Below, one piece after another: positions 1-9,741 of a DNA stretch of 64,000 nucleotides (position 1 is its first letter; each line of letters starts with the position of its first letter). The stretch spans positions 3,136,001 through 3,200,000 of the forward strand of contig OZ242326.1 of assembly GCA_965208325.1 (NCBI GenBank). Direction: 5' to 3'. Below the pieces are notes generated by a model. It was given only the letters and a program-made list of their open reading frames with translations. It was not told where the DNA came from and ran no database searches. This stretch comes from Candidatus Poribacteria bacterium (GTDB lineage: Bacteria; Poribacteria; WGA-4E; PCPOR2b). The translations under genes and the position numbers were made by a program.

Positions 1-467
1 ACAAGAAATTCAAAAGGCAGGACTTTTGCCGCATTGATATAGGCATTTATGCCCGAGGCGTAGCTGCGGAGTATCTCTTTTTGGTCTTCCGGGAGATTGG
101 CGGCGATGGCTTTCGCCGCGCGGGCAAAACCGATGGTGCGTTGACTTCTATCGAAGCCCAACGCCCCTTTGCCGAGGATTTCGCTGAGCCTTCCGGCGGC
201 GCGCCGGCGTAGGATATCAATTTGCCAGAGGCGGTCTCGGGCGGTTATATATCCCAATGCCAGCGTGGCATCCAGACGTGATTGAGCGGCAATTGTTGGT
301 ATGCCGTATCGATCCGAAGTAATCTTGACCGGCGATTCCAATCCCGGCACGCGCGCCTCGCCATCAAGCTTTGGCAGAGACGCACGAATCAAAACTAGGA
401 CAAAGATAGCACCGCCGACGGCGATAACGAGTAACAATAAAACAACCGTAAAAATGATTCGGAGCAT
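1..467 (-). CDS. Penicillin acylase family protein (Ntn-hydrolase), N-terminal part; runs off the left edge
   Basis: Manual minus-strand translation from ATG at 467 gives MLRIIFTVVLLLLVIAVGG...SLPKLDGEARVPGLESPVKITSDRYGIPTIAAQSRLDATLALGYITARDRLWQIDILRRRAAGRLSEILG. This matches the DxxGIPxI / GYxxAxDRLxQ / GRLSExxG signature. Not in the supplied ORF track. Confidence 0.9.
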   Translation of the reverse strand, partial: MLRIIFTVVLLLLVIAVGGAIFVLVLIRASLPKLDGEARVPGLESPVKITSDRYGIPTIAAQSRLDATLALGYITARDRLWQIDILRRRAAGRLSEILGKGALGFDRSQRTIGFARAAKAIAANLPEDQKEILRSYASGINAYINAAKVLPFEFL

Positions 468-834
468 ATCAATTATGGTTCCACAACGCCAGTTTGAAAT
501 TCAGAGTCCGTCCACAAGAGAGACTAATTTGAGATAGCCGATAAATATTATGGCACAATCGAGGGGGTTTTGGTAGTGAGAATTGGGTTGGCAACGCTGG
601 CGACTACGGATTTCATAAATTTTATAACGGGGACGATATATTTGGGTTAGAAAATTACAGTTTTTACAGTCTATAAAAAAAGGGGGAAAAAGCCGCTCAG
701 ATGTAGTGTTTTTGGGGTTCGGGAGGCTATAATTAACATATATTAATTTGATAGGAGTATAGTGTTGTTTTCCGAGTGACACGAATTTGGGATTGCGGCG
801 GAATTTTTCAACGTCATTGCGACGGAATTTGGAC

Positions 835-1114
835 GAAGTTTTTGTAGGTTGGGTTGAGCGGATTATCCCAAATCCGTTCCTATCCCAAAAAACGTTTCGA
901 ACACGAGCCGACGACCTTGGCTCATCACATTAAGCGTAACCCAACGCTTTTCGGATAATTCAAACTATTTCTATAATCGAAACACAGCGAAATAACCAAA
1001 AAGCGTTGGGTTACGCTCTACATTTTTTTCAACGTCATCGTATGGGAATTGGACGATGTTCGGGCGAACTGACGTTTCTGGGACTGGTCGCTCAACCCAA
1101 CCTACAAGAACTTC
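835..1114. repeat. Nested inverted pair of REP-like (GTAG-ended) elements
   Basis: GAAGTTTTTGTAGGTTGGGTTGAGCG (835-860) pairs with 1089-1114 with 1 mismatch. AGCGTAACCCAACGCTTTT (933-951) pairs perfectly with 999-1017. Confidence 0.85.
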
Positions 1115-1222
1115 ATCACAAATGCGGGGCAAGCGGAAAACTATTAGGAAGACTATCGCCATCGCTATTCACTCAGTTGATCCCCGCCTACAGGGAGTGT
1201 AGGGTCTAGCTACAAGTGTCAA
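1001..1222 (+). repeat. Left copy of composite direct repeat flanking the island
   Basis: 1089-1133 matches 20661-20705 at 42/45, and 1182-1211 matches 20709-20738 at 29/30. GTTGGGTTACGCTCT is also shared upstream. Confidence 0.85.
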
Positions 1223-1330
1223 GGAGGAGGATTTCACTCGCCAAGGCTGTTGCACGTGCTATTCACGCGCTTGATTGCTTAAACGAACTTACAGGAACTA
1301 GAGAATTCGGGAATTCAACATGAGAAAGAC

Positions 1331-1360
1331 TTGACAAAGCCACTATACTTAATGTAAAAT
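1331..1360 (+). promoter_or_regulatory. Putative sigma70 promoter for terS-terL
   Basis: TTGACA (1331-1336), 18-nt spacer, TAAAAT (1355-1360). An inverted repeat CCACTATA (1340-1347) / TATAGTGG (1369-1376) brackets the -10 box. Confidence 0.55.
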
Positions 1361-1502
1361 AGGCTGTATATAGTGGATATGCGGGCTTAAGTACACAATA
1401 TATGCAAATAAGTTCAACATTGTGAACTGCAGCCGGTGAAAAAACGGTTTACCTGCGGCGATTCACGACAAAAAACAAATTTCAGATTCGGGAGACACTA
1501 AA

Positions 1503-2063
1503 ATGAAACTGACAAAGGAGCGGATAGACAGTTTGGCTAAGGCTCTTCGGGGCGGCGCGATAATCAGATGGGCGTGCGTTTCGTCGGGGATATGCGAAAA
1601 GACATATTTCAACTGGCAAAACGAGTTTTCGGACGGGAAGTTAGAGCCGTTTGATCCCGACGAAACGCTCGACGAGAACCCTAGCCGCGAGGACCTACTC
1701 AGGTACTTTGTGCGCGAGACCGCAATGGCGTTGAACGATTATTCTTCCGGCTTATTGGAAAAGATTCATCAGGCGGACTCATGGCAGGCGGCGGCATGGA
1801 TTTTGGAGCGGCGATTCCCGGAGGAATTCGGGCGCCGCGCCGCCACCCAGCAATCAGAATCAGCGGATGAAGTGCATACGGAATCCGAAACGACGGAACA
1901 AACCGAGGCGGAGACCGGGGAACCAGAGGATAACCCGAGTCATCCGAACTATAACGGCAGACCCCCGAACGGGACCTTTGAGACGTTAGCCCGTCGTTGG
2001 GACAAACTAAACTCCCCGCGAAAAGCGGGAGGAAGGAGTAATGACAAGATGCCAGAAGTTTAA
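1503..2063 (+). CDS. Terminase small subunit-like HTH protein
   Basis: N-terminal HTH-like segment (ACVSSGICEKTYFNW) and the WQAAAWILERRFPEEFG motif seen in phage TerS-like proteins. GGAG RBS; overlaps the start of terL. Confidence 0.7.
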   Translation: MKLTKERIDSLAKALRGGAIIRWACVSSGICEKTYFNWQNEFSDGKLEPFDPDETLDENPSREDLLRYFVRETAMALNDYSSGLLEKIHQADSWQAAAWILERRFPEEFGRRAATQQSESADEVHTESETTEQTEAETGEPEDNPSHPNYNGRPPNGTFETLARRWDKLNSPRKAGGRSNDKMPEV

Positions 2064-3861
2064 GTGGCTGCAGTCGTGGGTTGAATCGCTCGATTGCAAT
2101 GAACAAATCATAACAATAAACGACATGCGGGAGGAACTTGCGCCCGAAGAACGCGGCGAATTCGACGAGATTGCGGGATTCGCGTCGATCGCCTACTTTG
2201 CGAAACGACATTTTCCCACTTTTACGAAATTGCCTTTCGGCAAACATCACACGACGTTTTTTAACCCCATCCCCCGCGGCGAACGCGGCATGAAAGTGAA
2301 TATTCTCGCCCCCCGCGGCTCCTCGAAGTCGACCTGCCTGGCGGTAATTTATCCACTCCACTGCATTTTCTACAAGTATCTGTACAAAGAGTTCGGGAGG
2401 CCGCACGACGATTACATTCTCATCCTGAGCCGCACCTACGAGAACGCAATTGAGCGCATCCAGGATATCCGTACGGAAATCGAATACAACGAGGCGTTTC
2501 AGCATCTCAAGAGCGACAAGACGTGGGGAGAAAAGCACTCGGTTACATCCAACGGCGTGAAGTTGGTTGCGCAGTCTCGCGGCGGCAAGGTCCGAGGCAA
2601 ACTGTCCAGAGGAACCCGTCCGTCGCTTGTAATTATGGACGACCTCGACGACCTCGACAGCATCAGGAATCCAAAGACGCTTGAAAAGGATACAGATTGG
2701 TGGGAGTCGGACCTGATGCAGTGCGGGGACGAGAATACCAATTTTATCTGCGTTGATACGGTCAAAGCGGTTAAGGCGATAGCGAATCAGCTTCAAGTGA
2801 AGCCGGGTTGGATTTCGCACAATTTTAAAGCAATAGAGTTTCCGACGGAATTGAAGCACCCGAAGCACGAAGCGGAATGGGACGGATATCGGGCGCTTTA
2901 CTGCGACCGCGCATTCGACCCGTTCGAACGTCAGGAAAAGTGCGATGCATTCTACGAGGCAAATAAAGCCGCGATGAACGAAGGCGTCGTGGAACAGTGG
3001 CCGGAAAAGTGGTCGTACCGGAGGATTCGCGAGAAGGAATTCGAAAGCGGCAGAGCGCTCATTTTACGGGAATACCAAAACCTGCCGGTCGACCGCGCGA
3101 TGGCGTGGTTCCCAATGGATGAAGCGATTACGTTTGAGACGACGCTAGAAGGATTGCTGCGTTCGGATGGTCGGCTGGTGCGCTGGGGAGAGCTCAGCGG
3201 CGCGACGATATTCCTGGACTGGGCGGGTGCCCGTGAGAGTCGGGAAGAGAACTGCTACGCCGCAGTGGTCACGGTGGTTTGGGAGCCCGTGGAAGATGGG
3301 AAATACGACGATATAATGACGGTTCCGGCGTACGGGTATGTATATTCAGTGAAGTTGCTTCGGGGGTCGCGAACCGAACAACTCGACGCACATATTCAAG
3401 AATTTATGAAGGTCAAATCGTTTTTGTCCCCGCGAGCAAATCGCCCGGATTTCTATTTGAGGTGCGAGGCTTTTGTGGATACGACCGGTGACATGGAAAT
3501 GAATTTCGATCGGGAGTACGATGCACTCCGGGCTAAACACAGGATTTCGGAACGCGTCAAATATGTCCCCCGAATTAAGCGTAAAGAAGACAGAATCGCC
3601 GCGCTCCAGGTACCCATAGAGAATGGTTGGTTATGTTTTTCGACGGAGTTGGCGGAACTGTATATGGATCAGATGCGGCATTTTCCTCACGAGCAGTTTA
3701 ACGACGGTCCCGACGCCACGGAAGGGGCATTTTCGGAACCCGTTACCATTACGATGGCACAGATTCGTGAAAAGCGGAGAAGGCGGAGGGAAGCGGCGGG
3801 TGACGAGGAGCCGTGGCACGAGACGAGGCGATTACCCGACTTCACGGTGCCCTACAGCTGA
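2041..3861 (+). CDS. terL: Phage terminase large subunit (ATPase + RNase H-like nuclease)
   Basis: Walker A APRGSSKST, Walker B RPSLVIMDDLDD, REYQNxP, nuclease acidic motifs IFLDWA and FPHEQFNDGPDATEGA. Uninterrupted 606 aa. Confidence 0.9.
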   Translation: MTRCQKFKWLQSWVESLDCNEQIITINDMREELAPEERGEFDEIAGFASIAYFAKRHFPTFTKLPFGKHHTTFFNPIPRGERGMKVNILAPRGSSKSTCLAVIYPLHCIFYKYLYKEFGRPHDDYILILSRTYENAIERIQDIRTEIEYNEAFQHLKSDKTWGEKHSVTSNGVKLVAQSRGGKVRGKLSRGTRPSLVIMDDLDDLDSIRNPKTLEKDTDWWESDLMQCGDENTNFICVDTVKAVKAIANQLQVKPGWISHNFKAIEFPTELKHPKHEAEWDGYRALYCDRAFDPFERQEKCDAFYEANKAAMNEGVVEQWPEKWSYRRIREKEFESGRALILREYQNLPVDRAMAWFPMDEAITFETTLEGLLRSDGRLVRWGELSGATIFLDWAGARESREENCYAAVVTVVWEPVEDGKYDDIMTVPAYGYVYSVKLLRGSRTEQLDAHIQEFMKVKSFLSPRANRPDFYLRCEAFVDTTGDMEMNFDREYDALRAKHRISERVKYVPRIKRKEDRIAALQVPIENGWLCFSTELAELYMDQMRHFPHEQFNDGPDATEGAFSEPVTITMAQIREKRRRRREAAGDEEPWHETRRLPDFTVPYS

Positions 3862-4234
3862 TCTCGAAATTTTCATTTTGCATCTTATGATTGGAACGCA
3901 TTGCGAACTAAACAACGGAACGAACGGTGATGGCAATGACTGCTACTTCTGCACGTAGGTTGCGTAGAGCGGTATTGTGAGAATCATGCAATTAAGGCCG
4001 CGTCTCTTGTGTGAGTAGAGGTTGAATCAAAATCGGCATTACTTCGGGAAACCTAACGAGCAAGCGTCCGAGCGGGAAGCGCGATAACATCGGTGCCGGT
4101 GAAAATTTCCGCGTACGAACTCTAATTGTGCACGCGGGCCGATGGCTCAAACTTTTCGGGCGGTGAATCGTTACCCAATCGAAAGGAATTGACCGGCATA
4201 GGGGACGATAGGCGCGCGGTTAGGTAGTCACGCA

Positions 4235-4540
4235 TCAATCTTTCGTATCTTCTGCCCGTGGGGACCGTGCGGTAGCGCCGCGCGCTAAAAGGTCTTCACG
4301 GGCGGTATCCAGTTTTTCGAGCAATATCTCTCCGACGGCCTCTCCGAGAACTTCAGCGGCCCGATGCAGCACGATTGAACGTAGTTCAAGCATTTTATCC
4401 TTGTTTTCATGATACAAGACCGCTTGCTTCGACACGCCGTACGCTTCGGCAATTTTATCGAGCGGAATTCCTATCAACCGGCTGATGATTATGTCGAGCG
4501 TATCCAAATCCGTTATCTTACGTCCGTCTTGTCTTGCCAA
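4235..4540 (-). CDS. Small helix-turn-helix DNA-binding protein
   Basis: HTH-like IPLDKIAEAYGVSKQAVLYH; GGAGG RBS before the TTG start. Confidence 0.7.
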   Translation of the reverse strand: MARQDGRKITDLDTLDIIISRLIGIPLDKIAEAYGVSKQAVLYHENKDKMLELRSIVLHRAAEVLGEAVGEILLEKLDTAREDLLARGATARSPRAEDTKD

Positions 4541-4640
4541 TGAAATCCCTCCAAAATTCGCAATAAGAAACTATCACCCCCTATTCTATAGGATTAGCCG
4601 GCATTCGTCAGTTTGACTTACTTTGTATTAGTTTTTGTTA

Positions 4641-4668
4641 TTGACAAACGAAAATATTTTGCTATCAT
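4641..4668 (+). promoter_or_regulatory. Putative sigma70 promoter for the 4845 gene
   Basis: TTGACA (4641-4646), 16 nt, TATCAT (4663-4668) with an extended TG. Confidence 0.45.
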
Positions 4669-4844
4669 CCTCTCATTCGGGGCTGAGGTGATTTCGTTAA
4701 GCGCAAGGATGGCAGAGCGCACGTTGGAAAATACTGATTTGCCAATTATTGCCACAGTCCCATTCATGGTGCAATTTAACGCATCCGTTAAACGGTTCAG
4801 TATGTCTATCGGAATAAATCCAGCGCTAAGAGAGGATATTTGTA

Positions 4845-5558
4845 GTGGAACAATTCATGCTAGTTAGTATCTACGCTTTGACTTTTTCTCTGTGCATTTC
4901 ACCGGCAACCGCTCAAGAAGCATACCTTGATATAGTCACGCTCAAAGACGGGACAGTTTTAGAAGGAAGAATATTAACAGATCTTCAACCACACCACCTC
5001 GAAAAACGAGTTTTAGTATTACAACGAACCAATCCTAACGGATTTCACGAGACCTTAGAAATCCCGTGGGATAAAATTCAGGATGTTAATCGGAAAACCT
5101 ATTATCGCCCAATACAGACAACAATGAGGAAGAAAGATAAGTATTTTGCAGGGTGTACCTCATTTGTATTGCCCGGCCTCGGACATTTCTACGCAGGAGA
5201 ACCGGAAAAAGGTATGATGTTTAGCGTCTCGGGTATATTGGGCTGGACGCTCCTAATCACGGGGGCAAATGATAACGTAGGTAAAATTGATTTTGACGGC
5301 GACGACGATTTAGTGCTTTTCGGTTTCTTTTTGTTACTCGGCGCTACGGTATTCTCGGTAATAGACTCCATAGATAGCGTTGAAGAATTTAACGCACAAG
5401 TAGCTAAGTCAGTGAGACAGGAAGAATTACCATTCGCGATACTGCCGGGCACGCCGAAGTCCTATCGCGAGGGAGAACCGGGCGACATAAATTACCAGCC
5501 GGAATCAGCGGGAAACGAAGAAGAAAAGGCAGGGGCGACACTCCGGATTCCTTTTTAA
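4845..5558 (+). CDS. Exported/membrane protein with TM2-like hairpin
   Basis: Signal peptide (…SPATAQ), DIVTLKDGTVLEGRI beta domain, SFVLPGLGHFYAG TM2-like motif, further hydrophobic helices. Confidence 0.65.
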   Translation: MEQFMLVSIYALTFSLCISPATAQEAYLDIVTLKDGTVLEGRILTDLQPHHLEKRVLVLQRTNPNGFHETLEIPWDKIQDVNRKTYYRPIQTTMRKKDKYFAGCTSFVLPGLGHFYAGEPEKGMMFSVSGILGWTLLITGANDNVGKIDFDGDDDLVLFGFFLLLGATVFSVIDSIDSVEEFNAQVAKSVRQEELPFAILPGTPKSYREGEPGDINYQPESAGNEEEKAGATLRIPF

Positions 5559-5955
5559 CCCAACGCGCCGAAAGCGATAAGAATTTTAACCAGAATTGAC
5601 CATATACAGGTCACTACTTGTTTCGATTTCAAGCAAAGGGGTTTCCAACGGAGCATAATGCTCCAGGGAGAAGGCGTAAAACGGATAGCAGCAGACGGAT
5701 GACAAGCCAGAGACAGAATTGTTAAATCCGATAAATCGAAACACAGTGATTCGACGGGGATAAACTCAACAAAGGCGGATATCACTTGTGGAAAGCAACA
5801 CTAATGTGAGTTTTTGGGCGGAGAAGCGCAATTTGACGTCTTGCAATGTAGAGCGGTTCCATCAGGCATTCAATTATCGCGCACCACATCAGGTGAATTT
5901 TCAATAATCGGAGCCGTTTAAAACCTGAATAGGTTGCAAAGGGTTTCAGCTACAC

Positions 5956-6753
5956 TTAATCCGAATCGCTCCGCATATGTTCATGTTGCGGTTCAAGCGC
6001 ATGGCAGGCGGTACACAGAACCTTTAGGTTTGCGTCCGAGTTGTCGTATCGTAATCCGTTGATGTGGTGGACGTGTAAAAGAGGCCGGCTTTCGGCGGCG
6101 CTAAAATCTCCTCCGCAGCTCTCACATGTCCAGTCATTTTCCTCGCGGAGGCGGAGTGAGGTTGCTGGCCAGTCGCTTGTATATTCGTTTAATGGGGCCG
6201 TAATCTCAGCGTGTATTGGAGTCGGCGTAATCTGCGAAGGGTATTGCAAAAAAAATTCTTGCAATTCAAATGCGTTCACGGTTTGGCGCTGTTCAGCACG
6301 TCTACAATCATTATAATCTTTATAGTTCAGTGCTTTCAGACAATTTATACAAACGGCTAACCTTTGCTCCGCTCCCTCCTCGATTAAGTTGCGCGCGTCG
6401 TCGTAAGAGTTTACGGTAAACATCCCATCGTTGCGCGTTGCAACGACATATCTGTCGTACCGGTTATCTGCTCTCATCCTAGATAATGTGTCGCAATTTG
6501 CAACGTGAAACTTATACGGTTGATACTCTACGCGTTGGTCGCGAATATACACAACAACTTTTCGGCCTCTGTATTCGAGCGTGCCGTCATCAGGATATTC
6601 GAGAGCATCCGGTGAGATATCAAGTCCCCTTGTGTCCAGCGCAAGGCTTATCGGGTCCCAGTCTCTTTCGGAATTCCATGAAACAAGTTCGGCACGCATT
6701 TGTTCACGCAACCGATTTAATCCTTCATTCTGTAAAAAATCAGGTAGGATCAT
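5956..6753 (-). CDS. zorE: Zorya type II HNH nuclease effector ZorE
   Basis: VVVYIRD...FHVANCDTL...RYV N-terminal region; CESCG...LHVHHING...DNSDANLKVLCTACH HNH motif; overlaps zorB by 4 nt. Confidence 0.85.
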   Translation of the reverse strand: MILPDFLQNEGLNRLREQMRAELVSWNSERDWDPISLALDTRGLDISPDALEYPDDGTLEYRGRKVVVYIRDQRVEYQPYKFHVANCDTLSRMRADNRYDRYVVATRNDGMFTVNSYDDARNLIEEGAEQRLAVCINCLKALNYKDYNDCRRAEQRQTVNAFELQEFFLQYPSQITPTPIHAEITAPLNEYTSDWPATSLRLREENDWTCESCGGDFSAAESRPLLHVHHINGLRYDNSDANLKVLCTACHALEPQHEHMRSDSD

Positions 6754-7556
6754 TCTTGCTCTCCTGACTTTTTCATATGCTCTTCTAGTTTTTCTACCAG
6801 TGCCGCTATTCGTTTTTCAGCGTTTGTGCGCACTCGGAACTCTACTCGTCGTGATTCTTGCCGATTTTGTGTGCCATCTGGATTAAAGATTAGTTTGCTT
6901 GATGATAATCCGTTTGCAGTAAGATGCTTCGTGATCCATAGTTTGTTGCGCTGAATCTGAGGGTGTTTGATGTCAAGCACGTATTCTAGTACGCTTCTTG
7001 TTCTATCCTGCGACAACTTCATGTTGTGAATGTAGGCTTTGTGTGGGCGGTCGTCCCTATACCATTCGCTTGACGTGTGTCCTTCAATCCTAATTTCGGC
7101 GATATCATTCCTGTATTTGTATTCGCCGTCCTTCGTCTTAGTTTCTGTTAGTATCTCAATGTATTCCGGGAAAAATTTATTCAAAATCTCCTTGAAAGGC
7201 GGCCGTACGATAGCCTTACCTTGCGCAAATAACACTTCAGGTTCTCTGAATCGAATAGATAGCGTTTTCCTATTCAAGACAGCATTCCATTCTTTGAGAT
7301 GCGGGGAAAACTTCCTCTCAAGGTCGTTAAACAGATCGCGCTTCAAGTTCTTGTGTGTGTCAACAATTTGCTCAATCTGCGCAATAAGTTCTATCAAAAT
7401 TTGATTATCACCGCTTACATGCAGCATGTAACTGATGGCGATGAAAAGGAATATTACCATCAGCCCTGCCATCATGTCCGAAATAGATATCCAGTGTTCC
7501 TCCGTGTCTTGCTCTTTGCGTCTTAAAATGTCACCGTTGTGCATGGGATTCCTCAA
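6750..7556 (-). CDS. zorB: Zorya ZorB (MotB/OmpA-like peptidoglycan-binding membrane protein)
   Basis: WISISDMMAGLMVIFLFIAI TM with the conserved Asp; IRIEGHTS, NMKLSQDR and SRRVEF OmpA-like motifs. Confidence 0.9.
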   Translation of the reverse strand: MRNPMHNGDILRRKEQDTEEHWISISDMMAGLMVIFLFIAISYMLHVSGDNQILIELIAQIEQIVDTHKNLKRDLFNDLERKFSPHLKEWNAVLNRKTLSIRFREPEVLFAQGKAIVRPPFKEILNKFFPEYIEILTETKTKDGEYKYRNDIAEIRIEGHTSSEWYRDDRPHKAYIHNMKLSQDRTRSVLEYVLDIKHPQIQRNKLWITKHLTANGLSSSKLIFNPDGTQNRQESRRVEFRVRTNAEKRIAALVEKLEEHMKKSGEQE

Positions 7557-7568
7557 CTTTAATTGGCG

Positions 7569-9344
7569 TTAGGTAGTCCTTCCTTGTATATTGCGCGCTA
7601 TGTCGAGCACATCATTTAAGCGGTTCGTTAATGGTGTGTAGTCTTGAACAAATTGATTTGACAAGCTGGTTAACTGGCTTCCTAGTGATTCCAATGACCT
7701 TGTGAGTTCTTCTTGAAGGGCTTCATCCAAGAATCGAATTTGCTGATTCATTCGTTCAGCACTCTCTCGAAAAACACGTTCCGATTCATTACTAATCGTA
7801 CTAAGCTGCTGTGATTGGGTCTGGAGCGTTTCTTCCAATTGACCGTTGGTGTTTTCCAATGTAGTGCGCAAGGTTTCGGAGGTGCTCTGGATGGCGGCTG
7901 CAAGCTGTGTCGTGAATCCCGTTAAAGTTTCTCTTTGCCTTTCCATGTGAATTTGTGAATTGGCGAGCGAGTCTTGTACAACGGTTGAAAATCCATCGGT
8001 TATGGTTTTAATCTGGGCGCTTGTGTTTTCTACCGTCGTCTCAAGCTGATTTGATTGTGTTTGGAGAGTATTTTCTAATCCCCGGTTAGTTTTAACGATT
8101 GTAGCCTCGAGCTGGTTAGCTTGGTTTTCTAATGCGCTTTTGAATCCTTGAAAAGTATCATTGATAATCTGTTCAACGTGCGCAGTGGTGCTCTTGAACA
8201 TGGCTTCGGTTTGCTGTTGGATACGAACCGCTGTATCATCCACCGTTTGTTCAAGTTGTTTAGACTGATTAGCCAGCGCAGCACGTTGTTTATCCATAGA
8301 AGCGTGCGAGTTGTCAATGGCCCCCTGCACCGCTTGAGAAAAGCCGTTCGTTAATTCATCCAGACGCTTTTCGACAATGGGGAATGCATCACGTGCATTT
8401 TCAGCCAGAGCGCTAAATGCCTCAAGATGCGCCTCCAGTTGCCCAATCTGCTGCTGCAGCGCTTTAAGTATGGGATCAAGTTTTTCTGAACTTGATACGA
8501 TTGCGTCGCTTCGGTCAGCAATTACGCCTAATGATTGACTTGATTTTTCTACGCATTCAGCGGCGATTCTAAACTCCTGTGCTAATTCGTCCATCTGTTG
8601 CCGATACTGTTCTTGCCAATCGTTGATTCGTCCTACCGCTTCGTTCAAATGCTTGAAGTTATCTCCAAATTGTTCAGTGATTTTCTGGTTGAAATCTTTT
8701 ATGACTTGCTCAAGCGCCTGGATCAAAGTTTTGACATTATCCGCCGCCATCTTTTCGGCAAATGTGTTAAACGTTTGAACCACTTCGTCTTGCTTATCTG
8801 AAAACGTGCGAATCAAATCGTCCTGTTTGTCAGAAAACGTGGTTCGCAGCTTTTGCATTTGGGTCAACACCGTGCTATCGCCCTCTCCCGTTAACGATTT
8901 TTCAATGGCTTGAAGCGCCTCTTTTGTTTCTAGTCCTTCCTCTTTCTCAACGGTGAGGATGTCGCGCAACAATTCCGCAAGGTCATCAACTGTTGCACCG
9001 GTGTAAGTGGTCGCTGAATCCCGCTGTTTACGCTGTTTGTTTAGGGTTGACCACTTGATGGCAATTGAACCAGCGATGCCCACAATGGACGTGATAAAGG
9101 CAAATCTCAATCCTTCGAGTAACCGCTCCACACTGTCTTTGATTCTATCGGGATCGAAGTGTAATAGGCCCCAAGCGATTCCAATAAATGTACCAAGTAC
9201 GCCGATGATGGTCACGATAGAAGCGATTCCGTTGACCTGGTGGTGCCGAATCTTTCGAAACCAAATTATTGCCAGCAATATGAAGGCCACGAAAACAGTG
9301 ATAAGAGCAATTGAAAAAAAATCTGGGGTGAATTTATCCGTCAT
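7569..9344 (-). CDS. zorA: Zorya ZorA (MotA-like TMs + long helical tail)
   Basis: Three TMs including IGVLGTFIGI and GLRFAFITSIVG, followed by a long Q/T/L-rich coiled-coil with ITEQFGDNFK; first gene of zorABE. Confidence 0.9.
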   Translation of the reverse strand: MTDKFTPDFFSIALITVFVAFILLAIIWFRKIRHHQVNGIASIVTIIGVLGTFIGIAWGLLHFDPDRIKDSVERLLEGLRFAFITSIVGIAGSIAIKWSTLNKQRKQRDSATTYTGATVDDLAELLRDILTVEKEEGLETKEALQAIEKSLTGEGDSTVLTQMQKLRTTFSDKQDDLIRTFSDKQDEVVQTFNTFAEKMAADNVKTLIQALEQVIKDFNQKITEQFGDNFKHLNEAVGRINDWQEQYRQQMDELAQEFRIAAECVEKSSQSLGVIADRSDAIVSSSEKLDPILKALQQQIGQLEAHLEAFSALAENARDAFPIVEKRLDELTNGFSQAVQGAIDNSHASMDKQRAALANQSKQLEQTVDDTAVRIQQQTEAMFKSTTAHVEQIINDTFQGFKSALENQANQLEATIVKTNRGLENTLQTQSNQLETTVENTSAQIKTITDGFSTVVQDSLANSQIHMERQRETLTGFTTQLAAAIQSTSETLRTTLENTNGQLEETLQTQSQQLSTISNESERVFRESAERMNQQIRFLDEALQEELTRSLESLGSQLTSLSNQFVQDYTPLTNRLNDVLDIARNIQGRTT

Positions 9345-9741
9345 TAATTTTCCTCCTTTAAGTCTGTTGGCGAAAATCTGTCAAGTATGACTGGCAACCG
9401 TGGGCTTGCCAGAATTTGGGAAAAAATGTCCCTAAAGTTTATGTATCATCATGGTAAGGTTTGCATGGCCAAACGGGAAATTCGCGAGTACGATTATACT
9501 GTGCAGATGAAGTGTGCCTACAAATTCGTTTCGCGGCGAGCGTTGTTTTAAAATACGCGGAGGCAGGGCAACCCGCAGCCAATCCAGGTTGCAACGTTGA
9601 ATAAAATCTGCCAATCAACGGTTGTGAAGCGAAGCAAGATTGATGCATCTTGTCGTTTTCCCTTGAGGTATTGAACAATTTGCAAAATTTTTGAATAGCG
9701 CCGCCCCTTTATCGCTTGGTCGCAGTTAATAGAAGGAGCAT

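Noticed and set aside
835..1222. Possible CRISPR array
   Set aside because: The repeats are inverted and few, with no regular repeat-spacer period and no cas genes; they fit REP-like elements better.
1699..2868. 389-aa minus-strand ORF
   Set aside because: Antisense shadow of terS/terL with no recognisable motifs.
6750..9344. Flagellar stator motAB
   Set aside because: The long helical tail, the coupled HNH gene and the absence of flagellar genes indicate Zorya.
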